Shown: positions 1-11,932, counted from the first letter of the stretch. The stretch: 37,423 bases of DNA from Octopus bimaculoides (GCF_001194135.2 NC_068986.1:12089709-12127131), one strand, 5' to 3'. Notes: generated from the letters alone by a model not told the origin. Numbers and translations: made by a program.

Positions 1-20
1 ACGCCTGCTGTTATATACAG

Positions 21-21
<1 letters not shown>

Positions 22-88
<67 letters not shown>
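22..88. repeat. (CA)n microsatellite
   Basis: Perfect CA dinucleotide run. Confidence 0.99.
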
Positions 89-90
<2 letters not shown>

Positions 91-825
91 ATTTGAATTA
101 TGCAATCCTTCTGTATGCCTGCTTGTCTGTCTCTCACCAGACTGTTGTTGACTTCCAACTACTGCGTATTACCTTCGTCCATTAAACAGCCATAAACTCG
201 GAACTCCCAAATATGTTATGCTCTTGTTAACTCTATGACTGATCACTGATTACATCAAATTAATACGTTTATAAAAGAATCTGGCAATAAACGATAAACC
301 TTCAGCCATAATCTATTAAACAAGTTTAAAATTCGCCATGAATCACTTGTTATTGTTGTGAGCTGAGTATTAAGTTACTATTTACACTGGCGATCGCTGG
401 TTTATTTCTTATCTCGAGCTACAATCGTTGCGCCTGTAACATTATTACTTATGACGTTGTTTGGCTCTCGTCATCGTTGTGGTGGCAGTGGTTTATGTTA
501 CGTGAAGGCTCTAAATGTTACAAATTATCGATGTCTTTTCTTATGTTGTGACTGGAGCTACATATACGTTTGTGAATTCTGCTTCTGTCATTTTAAGCAA
601 CCCATCCCCCTTTTACTGATATAATTGTTTCCGGTTGAAATATGCGCAGCTACGACATTTTACATTCCAAGTAATTCTACACCGTTTTCCTTATCGAAGA
701 CGGATAATAGATTTTCCCTGATCTAGTAGACGTTTGTTTGTCCACTTAAAATCACAACTGAAGATATTATTAACAGCTTCTTTACGTAATAGTTCGTGTT
801 GTATTTATTGTTTGGAAACAGTTTA

Positions 826-964
826 GGTATGCCTCTTGGGTTAAGAAGTTTACTACGCAACCACATGACTTCGGGTTCGATCCTTTTGCGTGGCACTGAG
901 GGCAAGTATCTTTCACTATAGCAGCACCGAGCCGATTGGTGCATTCTCAATGAGTTTGGTGCAC
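826..964 (+). mobile_element. tRNA-derived CORE-type SINE, 5' part (family 'B' in this report)
   Basis: B-box-like GGTTCGATCC, then GGCACTGAGGGCAAGTATCTT (CORE-like); matches copies at 30995-31356 and 33738-34143. Confidence 0.8.
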
Positions 965-965
965 G

Positions 966-1043
966 TGTATGTATGTATGCATGTATGTATGTATGTATGT
1001 ATGTATGTATGAATGTATGTATGTATATGTATATGTGTGTAGG

Positions 1044-1080
<37 letters not shown>
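966..1080. repeat. (TATG)n/(TA)n compound microsatellite
   Basis: Direct reading. Confidence 0.95.
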
Positions 1081-1249
1081 TGAACACTCAATATTTCATC
1101 TACATTCAATACTTTATTTCATGGTGCCATCCATTTTTATTTTATTTTATTTTATATTATATATTGTATATTATATTATTGTATATTCCATATTTATTTT
1201 TACTCGCATATATATATATATATATAAAAGTAAGCAGAGTTAGCGGTTG

Positions 1250-1745
1250 GAATAACCGTTGGAATAACCGTTTCATTTCAAGACACTCATTAAGTCGTGA
1301 CTGCTTTTTATCTTCCGTGAGCAAGCGAGGCACAGATTTTTCTGCAACTCTTAATTCGCAATTCCTCGCTCAAATTTAATTGGCAGGAACTCCAGGACAA
1401 ACCAATCATATCAACAGGTTTTTCAATTGTTCGGTGACGGTCTTCCAAGATCAGTTCATGAATTTTCATGATGTTTTTCATTCGTTCGGGAGGTCGACGG
1501 TCGCCCTGAACGAGGTTGGTCTTCAAGCAACAAGAGACCATTCCTAAGCGTGGAAACTTCTCGTGAACTTGTGTTTTACTCATGGCAGCGGCCTTGTAAT
1601 TTGATTGAAGCATGATGACTGTTTCGGCCGCCGTTTTTCCCAGTAGGAAACAGAATTTCACGGAAGCACGCTGTTCCTTCGTTTCAGCCATTACAAAAAC
1701 CGACGAAAAGAGAAGTATTCCAAATCAATGACGCACCACGAGGCA
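1250..1745 (-). mobile_element. Mariner transposase relic, N-terminal HTH region
   Basis: ORF 1308-1691 MAETKEQRASVKFCFLLGKTAAETVIML...EDRHRTIE...LSWSSCQ; after a frameshift it continues RVAEKSVPRLLTEDKKQSRL (mariner KFVPRLL linker); catalytic domain absent. Confidence 0.9.
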
Positions 1746-1789
1746 ATAAGATCTTGTGGGCAATAAAGAAATATATATATATATGTGTG

Positions 1790-1834
<45 letters not shown>

Positions 1835-2530
1835 GTGTGTGTTTCTGTGTGTGTGTACGGAAACCTATGCTATATGTTTAAAACAAAGATAAATGCTTGC
1901 TTTATGGTTAGAGATGGCTTGTTTGCTTTAGTAGAATGCTAGATGACAATGTAAAAGGAGACGAATCAGATCTGCATATTCAGTGTATCGTGTCCGTATC
2001 ATTTACCCCCACGATATTGTTGACGCCATTTTGTTCATCAATCATTTCATTTTTCTCTTTCAACAAACATCTCATATGAGATATAACCTCTCATCTTCCT
2101 CCATCCCTCACTGTAATCTCCCTCTCGATCTTTGCATTTCTCTCTCTCTTTCTCTCTCTCTCTTTGCCTCTCTCTCTCTCTCTCTCTCTGTTTCTCTCTC
2201 GCTCTCCCTTTTTCTTTCTCTCTTCCCTCCTCCCACTGTACCTCCTTTTAATAGTTTTGCATGTGGTTTTTCATTTCTATTTCGTTCTTCTTTTTTAACG
2301 GATACATTTCAGATTCTGGTCCATTTATCACACCTTCGCCATTTCTTTATTCTTCCACATTGTTCTTGATATTCTTCCCGTCTTCGTTTCTTTCCTTCCT
2401 CGTGTCTATAATTCTATATTCCTCTCATGTCTTTATCCACCACTCTTCATTTCACACTCTTCGATTCTTCCTTCCTCAGTCATACGCCTCACTCAAACAC
2501 ATACATCCACACACACACACACATACATAC

Positions 2531-2572
<42 letters not shown>

Positions 2573-3324
2573 CATACATATACACATATACACATATACA
2601 CACACATGCACACACACGCACATATATAAGCATATATATATATACACATATACACATATATAAGCATATATACATAATATATATGTATATATACATATAA
2701 TATATACATATATATAGATATACATATAATACATATATGTATATATGCATACATATATACATNNNNNNNNNNNNNNNNNNNNNNNNNNNNNNNNNNNNNN
2801 NNNNNNNNNNNNNNNNNNNNNNNNNNNNNNNNNNNNNNNNNNNNNNNNNNNNNNNNNNNNNNNNNNNNNNNNNNNNNNNNNNNNNNNNNNNNNNNNNNNN
2901 NNNNNNNNNNNNNNNNNNNNNNNNNNNNNNNNNNNNNNNNNNNNNNNNNNNNNNNNNNNNNNNNNNNNNNNNNNNNNNNNNNNNNNNNNNNNNNNNNNNN
3001 NNNNNNNNNNNNNNNNNNNNNNNNNNNNNNNNNNNNNNNNNNNNNNNNNNNNNNNNNNNNNNNNNNNNNNNNNNNNNNNNNNNNNNNNNNNNNNNNNNNN
3101 NNNNNNNNNNNNNNNNNNNNNNNNNNNNNNNNNNNNNNNNNNNNNNNNNNNNNNNNNNNNNNNNNNNNNNNNNNNNNNNNNNNNNNNNNNNNNNNNNNNN
3201 NNNNNNNNNNNNNNNNNNNNNNNNNNNNNNNNNNNNNNNNNNNNNNNNNNNNNNNNNNNNNNNNNNNNNNNNNNNNNNNNNNNNNNNNNNNNNNNNNNNN
3301 NNNNNNNNNNNNNNNNNNNNNNNN

Positions 3325-3371
3325 TTCTTCTTCTTCTTCTTCTTCTTCTTCTTCTTCTTCTTCTTCTTCTT
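3325..3371. repeat. (TTC)n microsatellite at gap edge
   Basis: Direct reading. Confidence 0.97.
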
Positions 3372-3386
3372 CATATTATTATTATT

Positions 3387-3940
3387 GAGTGAGAGAGCAG
3401 TGCATGCCATCAAAGTGACACTGGGGTGCAAATAGACAAAACCCAATATACCCATCATGACTACCCGTCTGATAAGGGTACACCAGGCACATGCATCACA
3501 ACCATATGTGCATGACATGGTGATGTCATATTAAGATAACCAGCGCATGACTTTGCAGGTGGGGCCCAGTTAGAATTTTCTTCAGGTCAAGTAGCCTATC
3601 CCGCTCAAAAGGTCGCTGAAAAAGAGTTGTTTAAGGATGTTGAGCGAAACACCCATGTTTCCAATGGTGAATTATCTAAATCCCAAAGAATTCTTCTCAA
3701 CACCTGGCTATGATGCTCCCCCACTACTTCTGCTCGTGATCAGAAATACACATGTTGCCAGCCACTAAGGGACATGCTCCACTGGTTAAGGTCAAGCAAT
3801 CTACGAGACAATCTGTGGTATTGAGCAGAATATTTGCTGTAGCCCATCTTTTATACCAAGACAAAACAATGTACATGATAACACTTCCGATCAGTTAAAG
3901 TGAGAAGCCATGAGAGCCATTGCCTGGTACTGCATCAGGG

Positions 3941-3942
<2 letters not shown>
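3387..3942 (-). mobile_element. Unclassified ~556-bp non-coding interspersed repeat, copy 1, (AAT)n-tailed
   Basis: Colinear diverged second copy starts 624 nt downstream; both begin GAGTGAGAGAG right after (TTA)n; strand inferred from the tail. Confidence 0.75.

Positions 3943-4010
<68 letters not shown>
3943..4010. repeat. (TTA)n microsatellite between the two repeat copies
   Basis: Direct reading. Confidence 0.98.
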
Positions 4011-4501
4011 GAGTGAGAGAGTAGTGAATACCTTCAGAGTGACCCTGGGGTACAAATATACGAAGCCCAATATACCCATCATGACTACCAGTCTGATAAG
4101 AGTACACCAGACACATGCATCACAACTATATGCGCGCGACATGGTGATCTCTTATCACGATAAACAGGTATCACTTTGCAGGTATGGCCTAGTTAGAATT
4201 TTCTTCGGGTTGAGTAACCCATTCCGCTCAAAAGGAGCCCGAATAAGGGTTGTTGAATGAAAAACCTATATTTATAGAGGCGAATTATTCAAACCCCAAA
4301 GAATTCCTCTCAACACATGGTCATGATGCTCCCTTACTACTTCTGCTTGTGATCAGAGATGCACATATCGTGAGCCCTTAAGGGACATGCTCAACTGGTT
4401 ACGGTCAAACAAATGAGAGGCAAATCTGTGTCTGTGTGTGAAGCCCATATTCAATACCAGGAAAAAACATGTACATTGATAGCACTTCCAATCAATTAAG
4501 C
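4011..4501 (-). mobile_element. Unclassified interspersed repeat, copy 2 (5'-truncated)
   Basis: Aligns by eye to 3387-3900, e.g. CCCAATATACCCATCATGACTAC, CCGCTCAAAAG, AAGGGACATGCTC. Confidence 0.75.
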
Positions 4502-4527
4502 TAAAAAACCAACGTAGACCAGTCTTG

Positions 4528-4770
4528 AGTTAGCAGGATAGGTATCACGCCGATCAAAATGCATAGCGACATATCGTCCGCCTTGACGTTCTGAGTTCAA
4601 ATTTCACTGTGGTCAACTTTTTCGTTCACCCTTTCGAAGTCGATAGAATAAGTACCTGCTGAGTACTGGGGTCGTATAATAATCCTTTCTACTATTGGCA
4701 CAAGTCCTGAAATTTGCTGGAGAGGATTATTCGATTACACGACCCCAGTGTTTCACTGGTACTTAATTAT
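4528..4770 (+). mobile_element. Degenerate tRNA SINE (family 'A') plus an inverted 3' fragment at about 4730-4770
   Basis: ACGTTCTGAGTTCAAAT B-box region, GTCGATAGAATAAGTACC...TACTGGGGTCG; the reverse complement CGACCCCAGTGTTTCACTGGTACTTAAT follows. Confidence 0.7.
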
Positions 4771-4944
4771 TATAACAATTGTCAATGGCTGACTTGAAAC
4801 TTTTAAGAACAGAATGGCGGATTAATTCCATTCATCTGGTGAAAAGATGACTCTCTAACTCCAATTTTAATTTGTTTTCTTACCATTTCTCTGCGATTCT
4901 CTTCGTCTCTTTCTGTCTGCCTCACTGTTGGTATACACCCCCAC

Positions 4945-4945
<1 letters not shown>

Positions 4946-5022
<77 letters not shown>
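4946..5022. repeat. (TCTA)n microsatellite
   Basis: Direct reading. Confidence 0.97.
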
Positions 5023-5023
<1 letters not shown>

Positions 5024-5662
5024 CGTACTAAAAGTATAAATATATTTAAATATATATNNNNNNNNNNNNNNNNNNNNNNNNNNNNNNNNNNNNNNNNNNN
5101 NNNNNNNNNNNNNNNNNNNNNNNNNNNNNNNNNNNNNNNNNNNNNNNNNNNNNNNNNNNNNNNNNNNNNNNNNNNNNNNNNNNNNNNNNNNNNNNNNNNN
5201 NNNNNNNNNNNNNNNNNNNNNNNNNNNNNNNNNNNNNNNNNNNNNNNNNNNNNNNNNNNNNNNNNNNNNNNNNNNNNNNNNNNNNNNNNNNNNNNNNNNN
5301 NNNNNNNNNNNNNNNNNNNNNNNNNNNNNNNNNNNNNNNNNNNNNNNNNNNNNNNNNNNNNNNNNNNNNNNNNNNNNNNNNNNNNNNNNNNNNNNNNNNN
5401 NNNNNNNNNNNNNNNNNNNNNNNNNNNNNNNNNNNNNNNNNNNNNNNNNNNNNNNNNNNNNNNNNNNNNNNNNNNNNNNNNNNNNNNNNNNNNNNNNNNN
5501 NNNNNNNNNATATATATATATATACTTTTGGTATGGTAGATGAGTTCAGCAAAAATTTAGATTCAGATGAATATGGTACTTAAGTTGAGGCACCAGAATT
5601 TATTATCCATACAATTTCAAAGTAAGGTGATTAAAATAAGCAACAAGGATATCTAGAGGTAA

Positions 5663-5750
5663 TGCAGTACGATCGCTTCATGCAACTCCATTTAATTGAA
5701 TAATGCAATCATTACATCAATTTAAAATGCAGAGCAATCCTCAGCTGAAC
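5663..5750 (-). ncRNA. Type I hammerhead ribozyme motif with core lesion (GAAGC instead of GAAAC)
   Basis: Minus strand: TTCAG-CTGAGGA-long stem II-GAAGC-GATC-GTA/CTGCA; paralog at 36168-36255 has intact GAAAC. Confidence 0.65.
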
Positions 5751-6350
5751 AAAGATAGAATTTAATTAAATTAGAACAGATGGACACATTTGTATAATTA
5801 TACCTAAAATCTCCAAGAAGTTAAGGAGATAGACAAAGAACATGCTGTTTCTACTCCAACATAGAAGTTACTAAGTTACCAAGAAGTTATACATTGTTAC
5901 AGACTCTGCCTCTCACTGATTTTTTTTTGTTTCTATGCAGTCAGTTTATCAAATCCTTGTATATCTAAGGCTGAGAGAACAGAGAGTAGTATCTGTTAGG
6001 GGTAGGGCTGAGGGAGCAGACAGAAATCATAGTTGGTATAGTCATAAAAATCCAGATTTGTTAGAAAAAATATCATGAAGTTTGGTAAAGGAAAACTTAA
6101 AACAAGATATTATCTGACAATTAAGGGGGTCGCCCACTAGCGGACCATTGATAATGAAACAGGGGAAGTCTTATCATGTAGTACTATAGTTAAATATTTT
6201 AAACAATGTTGCTATATTGTATACAGTTAAAGTTTAGGGTTATTCAGAGGATTATTAAAAAGAATACTATAACAAAAGAATAGAAATTTATGAATACTTT
6301 TGAGTATATACCAAACTTTTACCACAATAGAGGGAGGAAAAGAAATTATC

Positions 6351-6408
6351 CAGAAATAGTTTAATATTTATACATATTGTACACTTAAATACTAAACTCA
6401 TCAGATGG
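6351..6408 (-). ncRNA. Hammerhead-like remnant lacking GAAA
   Basis: CTGATGA followed directly by a 12-bp stem GTTTAGTATTTA/TAAATATTAAAC (one G.U), then TATTTC without GAAA. Confidence 0.4.
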
Positions 6409-7559
6409 TATCTATGAATATTGATTAATTGGTATATGCTGGTATTAATAAAGGAGTATTGAGGTAAAAAAACAAATTATAATCTAAGCAGTCTTTTTTA
6501 TAAGTAGTGAACATACCAGTATAGTTTATATAAGCTAAGTATGAGTTTATAGAGATACAAAAATTAGAATAATTTTATAAATGAATAAAGGCTAATTATA
6601 AAATAATAATGAAATAAAATAATCAAGTAGGGCAGAACACCATGGAAAAGGAATAAAATAGCTTAATTACTAATAGTATGGCAAATTATATGTAGCTTAT
6701 TAACACCAATAGAGAAGATTTATAGAAACATATAATAATTCAAAATATATTAGACTAAAAATTATATATTTACTTATTTAGCCAATATATATATATATAT
6801 ATATATATATANNNNNNNNNNNNNNNNNNNNNNNNNNNNNNNNNNNNNNNNNNNNNNNNNNNNNNNNNNNNNNNNNNNNNNNNNNNNNNNNNNNNNNNNN
6901 NNNNNNNNNNNNNNNNNNNNNNNNNNNNNNNNNNNNNNNNNNNNNNNNNNNNNNNNNNNNNNNNNNNNNNNNNNNNNNNNNNNNNNNNNNNNNNNNNNNN
7001 NNNNNNNNNNNNNNNNNNNNNNNNNNNNNNNNNNNNNNNNNNNNNNNNNNNNNNNNNNNNNNNNNNNNNNNNNNNNNNNNNNNNNNNNNNNNNNNNNNNN
7101 NNNNNNNNNNNNNNNNNNNNNNNNNNNNNNNNNNNNNNNNNNNNNNNNNNNNNNNNNNNNNNNNNNNNNNNNNNNNNNNNNNNNNNNNNNNNNNNNNNNN
7201 NNNNNNNNNNNNNNNNNNNNNNNNNNNNNNNNNNNNNNNNNNNNNNNNNNNNNNNNNNNNNNNNNNNNNNNNNNNNNNNNNNNNNNNNNNNNNNNNNNNN
7301 NNNNNNNNNNNNNNNNNNNNNNNNNNNNNNNNNNNNNNNNNNNNNNNNNNNNNNNNNNNNNNNNNNNNNNNNNNNNNNNNNNNNNNNNNNNNNNNNNNNN
7401 NNNNTATATATACATATATATATGTGTGTACGTACATAATGTCTACATGCGAGTGCATGCTATTGTGTGTATATAATATTTTCGTGATTTAAAGTTGCGT
7501 TAAAGAGAAATATTTTTTCTTTGGAACCGAAGATTTACCACGCCTTCCACTATTGTTAT

Positions 7560-7935
7560 TGCCATACAACTATTTCCCCGTCCACCACAACCACTACCAA
7601 CACCACCACGACCACCGCCATCGCCATCGCCAGAACTACTACCGCCGCTATCGACGACAAATCCACCGCCGACACCCCACTCCATCACTCCTCCCTGTAC
7701 CACCACACTAATACCGCTCACCGCTGTTGCTACTCCTAATGCCACAACCACCGAACCATTTGCAAACTGTTACCAACACCACAAGGACTCCAACCACCTC
7801 TGCTATCACCTTAGCTACCACTAATTCTACCAGTAGTACTACGAACACTACTACTACTAACACCACCATTACTACCACCGTTGTCAATCACAATTACACC
7901 GACCACCTCCCTCTACTACAACCACCGTCACCCCT

Positions 7936-7969
<34 letters not shown>

Positions 7970-8049
7970 CACTACTGCTACTACTACTACTACCACTACT
8001 ACCACTACTACTACTACTACTATTACTACTACTACTATCACTACTACTA

Positions 8050-8113
<64 letters not shown>

Positions 8114-8123
8114 CACCACCACC

Positions 8124-8178
<55 letters not shown>

Positions 8179-8200
8179 TCACATAGTGCTACCCACTGCT
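7560..8200. repeat. Degenerate then near-perfect (CAC/TAC)n trinucleotide low-complexity tract
   Basis: Direct reading; explains the poly-T/Y/H/V ORFs. Confidence 0.95.
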
Positions 8201-8800
8201 ATCATATTTAATGTGACCATCACACCTACCCGACGTCTNNNNNNNNNNNNNNNNNNNNNNNNNNNNNNNNNNNNNNNNNNNNNNNNNNNNNNNNNNNNNN
8301 NNNNNNNNNNNNNNNNNNNNNNNNNNNNNNNNNNNNNNNNNNNNNNNNNNNNNNNNNNNNNNNNNNNNNNNNNNNNNNNNNNNNNNNNNNNNNNNNNNNN
8401 NNNNNNNNNNNNNNNNNNNNNNNNNNNNNNNNNNNNNNNNNNNNNNNNNNNNNNNNNNNNNNNNNNNNNNNNNNNNNNNNNNNNNNNNNNNNNNNNNNNN
8501 NNNNNNNNNNNNNNNNNNNNNNNNNNNNNNNNNNNNNNNNNNNNNNNNNNNNNNNNNNNNNNNNNNNNNNNNNNNNNNNNNNNNNNNNNNNNNNNNNNNN
8601 NNNNNNNNNNNNNNNNNNNNNNNNNNNNNNNNNNNNNNNNNNNNNNNNNNNNNNNNNNNNNNNNNNNNNNNNNNNNNNNNNNNNNNNNNNNNNNNNNNNN
8701 NNNNNNNNNNNNNNNNNNNNNNNNNNNNNNNNNNNNNNNNNNNNNNNNNNNNNNNNNNNNNNNNNNNNCCACACACATATACATATTAAAGTCGTTTGAA

Positions 8801-9130
8801 GGGCTGTAGCCTAATGGTTAATGGCTGGGCTATTTGGCTCACGGTCGTAAGGTCGTGAGTTCGATACCTCGCGGTACGTTGAAACCTTGAGCAAGGCACT
8901 TCATTTCACGTTGCTCCAATCCACTGAGCTGGCAAAAATGAGTAGTACCTGTAATTCACAAGGGACCAGCCTTGTGACATTCTGTGTAATGCTGAATTTC
9001 CCTCAGAACTGCGTTAAGGGTACGCGCGTCTGTGGGAGAACTCAACCACTTGCATGTTAATTTCATGAGTGGGCTGTTCCGTTGATCGGATCAACTGGAA
9101 CACTCGTCGTCGTAACCGACGGAGGGCCAG
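8801..9130 (+). mobile_element. tRNA-derived SINE: tRNA head, CORE-like centre, 3' region shared with 26977-27333
   Basis: GAGTTCGATACC B-box; CCTTGAGCAAGGCACTTCATTTCACGTTGCTCC; GGCTGTTCCGTTGATCGGATCAACTGGAAC tail. Confidence 0.85.
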
Positions 9131-9330
9131 TTCGTGCTTAGAGATGTTCGACGCACGACCGTAAGTTCGCGGTTTCAATTTGTAGACCAGGCAAGGTGTG
9201 CCTTTGATGAAATCCTATCTTTTCGGTTTACTTCCAGCTACTCAGCGGCCAAATGAATACTAACCAAGTGTTGGTGCTGTTCTATCTATCCGTCAATTTG
9301 TGACGCTGGTTTAGGGGTAACGGGACTGGC
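9131..9330 (+). mobile_element. Degenerate tRNA-derived SINE
   Basis: CACGACCGTAAGTTCGCGGTTTCAATT resembles the tRNA heads of neighbouring SINEs; CAGCTACTCAGCGGCCAAATGAATAC central motif. Confidence 0.5.
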
Positions 9331-9748
9331 ACACGCGGCACTCGAAAATAATTAGCGAAAGCGTGGTACAAATAACGTCATTTTCGTTCATGAATGACGA
9401 CAAGGCGATAACACTGAAATGCTTTTTAAGTATATCAAGAAAAAGCACCAACTTGACCTTTCTTCCTCGTCACTGCGCTCTTTCTCTCTCTCTCCCTCTC
9501 CCTTTCCTTCTCTCTCTCTCTCACACACAGACACACGTGCACATACACACGCACACACACATTCTCTCTTTTTCTCTCTCACACACACATGCGCACATAC
9601 ACATACACTCTCNNNNNNNNNNCACACATATATATATATATATATGTATGTATATATATATATAAAGAATAAAATGTTTTGAACGGTATAACAATGCACT
9701 ATAGATACAAACAATGGGCTATATACCTGTTGTAATTTAGTCATCCAT

Positions 9749-9793
9749 AGTCTGATTTTAACATTTCGGAATAAAATTCCTTCTTCAGATATT
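9749..9793 (-). ncRNA. Minimal type I hammerhead candidate (weak stem I)
   Basis: CTGAAGA-A-GGAAT(TTT)ATTCC-GAAA-TGTTAAAA-TC/AGACT; stem III one mismatch from a palindrome; stem I pairs only 3 of 5. Confidence 0.45.
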
Positions 9794-10059
9794 CTTAGAT
9801 GGAGTCGCTGCTATAATCGGTTTTCCAACGCCTTTTTTTCCCGGAAGTGTTTCAGCAGTGGTCTCACGAAGCTCCTCCTGGAATTCCTCATGAGGAGTGC
9901 CTGAGGTTGGTCATGTCTCAATCCCGTGTGTGCTGGTACATCCGTAGCGCTGCTTCTAAGCCATATGTATTATACGTGCAGCTTCCTTTTTTTCCCTTCT
10001 TTTTTTCTTCTCTTTTGTTTTTTGTTATAAATATACATATCAAGGACTCTTCCGTCGTT

Positions 10060-10340
10060 AGACGACGTCCGAGGGTTCGGCAATTTCTTGTCGAGCGACC
10101 ACACAGATGATTTGTTTATAGTGGATCAAATGTTTGTGTTCACATAAGTTCACTCCCGCCATCCAATCAACATTATCTGTGCAGGTGCACCGTGTGCCAC
10201 ATCTCAGATATCGAAATGATCGTAGAAGCAACATGAAAGAAGTGCTTTGTTCAAGAACACAACGCAACGCCATGTCTGGGAATCGAACCCACGATCTCGC
10301 AATCGTGTGTGCAACACCCTAACCTCTAAGCCATGCACTG
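10060..10340 (-). mobile_element. tRNA-derived CORE-like SINE with a different 3' tail
   Basis: Minus: TGGCTTAGAGGTTAGGG A-box-like, GGTTCGATTCC B-box, GTGTTCTTGAACAAAGCACTT centre. Confidence 0.8.
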
Positions 10341-10363
10341 AAAAATAACACTGAAAAATCGAT

Positions 10364-10873
10364 CAGTGTTATGGGTGGTTTAAGTGAGGATTTTAACTCC
10401 TCTTTCTAGCGGATAGGCGTCTTGTGCACCCTTATGATTGATATAAATCTTAATTCTATAGCTATACAATGCTATTTTAGGCCAGTAACCACTTTTACTA
10501 TTGTTGTTATTGTCAGATAATAATAACAATAATAATATCAATATAGGTATTCACTTCTGAATATTTACTCCTTATTAATATATTTACATTGAAGCTGTTA
10601 TGATTTTGGCGCAAGACAATTCAGAATGCCGGCAGACTTCAACGTCACGAGTTGAAAATTTTTCAATTGGTAAGACTTGCTGATGAATGTAAGGCTTTTC
10701 GTCAGAAATCATGATCCAAGTATATCCAAGTACCAAAACATATAGCATTGGGCTATATAGGTATGGTAGAAATTCTTTAACCCGTTCTCCCAACTACTAT
10801 TCATTTTCTGTCGTATTTGTCAGTTATTGGTGGTTTAAATGAGGGTTTTAACTCCTGTTTCTAACCGTTATGG
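10364..10873. repeat. Two ~50-bp imperfect direct repeats 455 nt apart (10364-10414, 10821-10873)
   Basis: GGTGGTTTAAGTGAGGATTTTAACTCCTCTTTCTAGC vs GGTGGTTTAAATGAGGGTTTTAACTCCTGTTTCTAAC. Confidence 0.85.
10675..10721 (+). ncRNA. Minimal type I hammerhead candidate (irregular stem II)
   Basis: ACTTG-CTGATGA-18 nt-GAAA-TCATGA-TC/CAAGT; perfect 5-bp stem I, perfect palindrome ATCATGAT; stem II weak and able to sequester the core. Confidence 0.5.
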
Positions 10874-10894
10874 CACACACAGACACAGACACAG

Positions 10895-10928
<34 letters not shown>

Positions 10929-10937
10929 GCACACACA

Positions 10938-10991
<54 letters not shown>

Positions 10992-11858
10992 NNNNNNNNN
11001 NNNNNNNNNNNNNNNNNNNNNNNNNNNNNNNNNNNNNNNNNNNNNNNNNNNNNNNNNNNNNNNNNNNNNNNNNNNNNNNNNNNNNNNNNNNNNNNNNNNN
11101 NNNNNNNNNNNNNNNNNNNNNNNNNNNNNNNNNNNNNNNNNNNNNNNNNNNNNNNNNNNNNNNNNNNNNNNNNNNNNNNNNNNNNNNNNNNNNNNNNNNN
11201 NNNNNNNNNNNNNNNNNNNNNNNNNNNNNNNNNNNNNNNNNNNNNNNNNNNNNNNNNNNNNNNNNNNNNNNNNNNNNNNNNNNNNNNNNNNNNNNNNNNN
11301 NNNNNNNNNNNNNNNNNNNNNNNNNNNNNNNNNNNNNNNNNNNNNNNNNNNNNNNNNNNNNNNNNNNNNNNNNNNNNNNNNNNNNNNNNNNNNNNNNNNN
11401 NNNNNNNNNNNNNNNNNNNNNNNNNNNNNNNNNNNNNNNNNNNNNNNNNNNNNNNNNNNNNNNNNNNNNNNNNNNNNNNNNNNNNNNNNNNNNNNNNNNN
11501 NNNNNNNNNNNNNNNNNNNNNNNNNNNNNNNNNNNNNNNNNNNNNNNNNNNNNNNNNNNNNNNNNNNNNNNNNNNNNNNNNNNNNNNNNNNNNNNNNNNN
11601 NNNNNNNNNNNNNNNNNNNNNNNNNNNNNNNNNNNNNNNNNNNNNNNNNNNNNNNNNNNNNNNNNNNNNNNNNNNNNNNNNNNNNNNNNNNNNNNNNNNN
11701 NNNNNNNNNNNNNNNNNNNNNNNNNNNNNNNNNNNNNNNNNNNNNNNNNNNNNNNNNNNNNNNNNNNNNNNNNNNNNNNNNNNNNNNNNNNNNNNNNNNN
11801 NNNNNNNNNNNNNNNNNNNNNNNNNNNNNNNNNNNNNNNNNNNNNNNNNNNNNNNNNN

Positions 11859-11932
<74 letters not shown>

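Larger units (their letters stand above)
5633..6410 (-). mobile_element. Probable Penelope-like element terminal-repeat (pLTR) remnant, non-coding
   Basis: 5633-5815 is paralogous to 36138-36328; holds two hammerhead-like motifs in the same orientation; no ORF found; right boundary uncertain. Confidence 0.5.

Noticed and set aside
758-795. CTGAAGA followed by a 6-bp hairpin
   Set aside because: No GAAA or stem III follows; not a hammerhead.
1246-1272. 12-bp tandem duplication GTTGGAATAACC x2
   Set aside because: A trivial slippage duplication at the broken end of a mariner relic.
7727-8200. Thr-rich mucin-like ORF
   Set aside because: It is a (TAC/CAC)n tract open in several frames on both strands, with no splice or domain support.
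10595-10669. Possible 75-nt plus-strand exon ending in G/GTAAGA
   Set aside because: The peptide VMILAQDNSECRQTSTSRVENFSI is not recognisable and the acceptor is weak.
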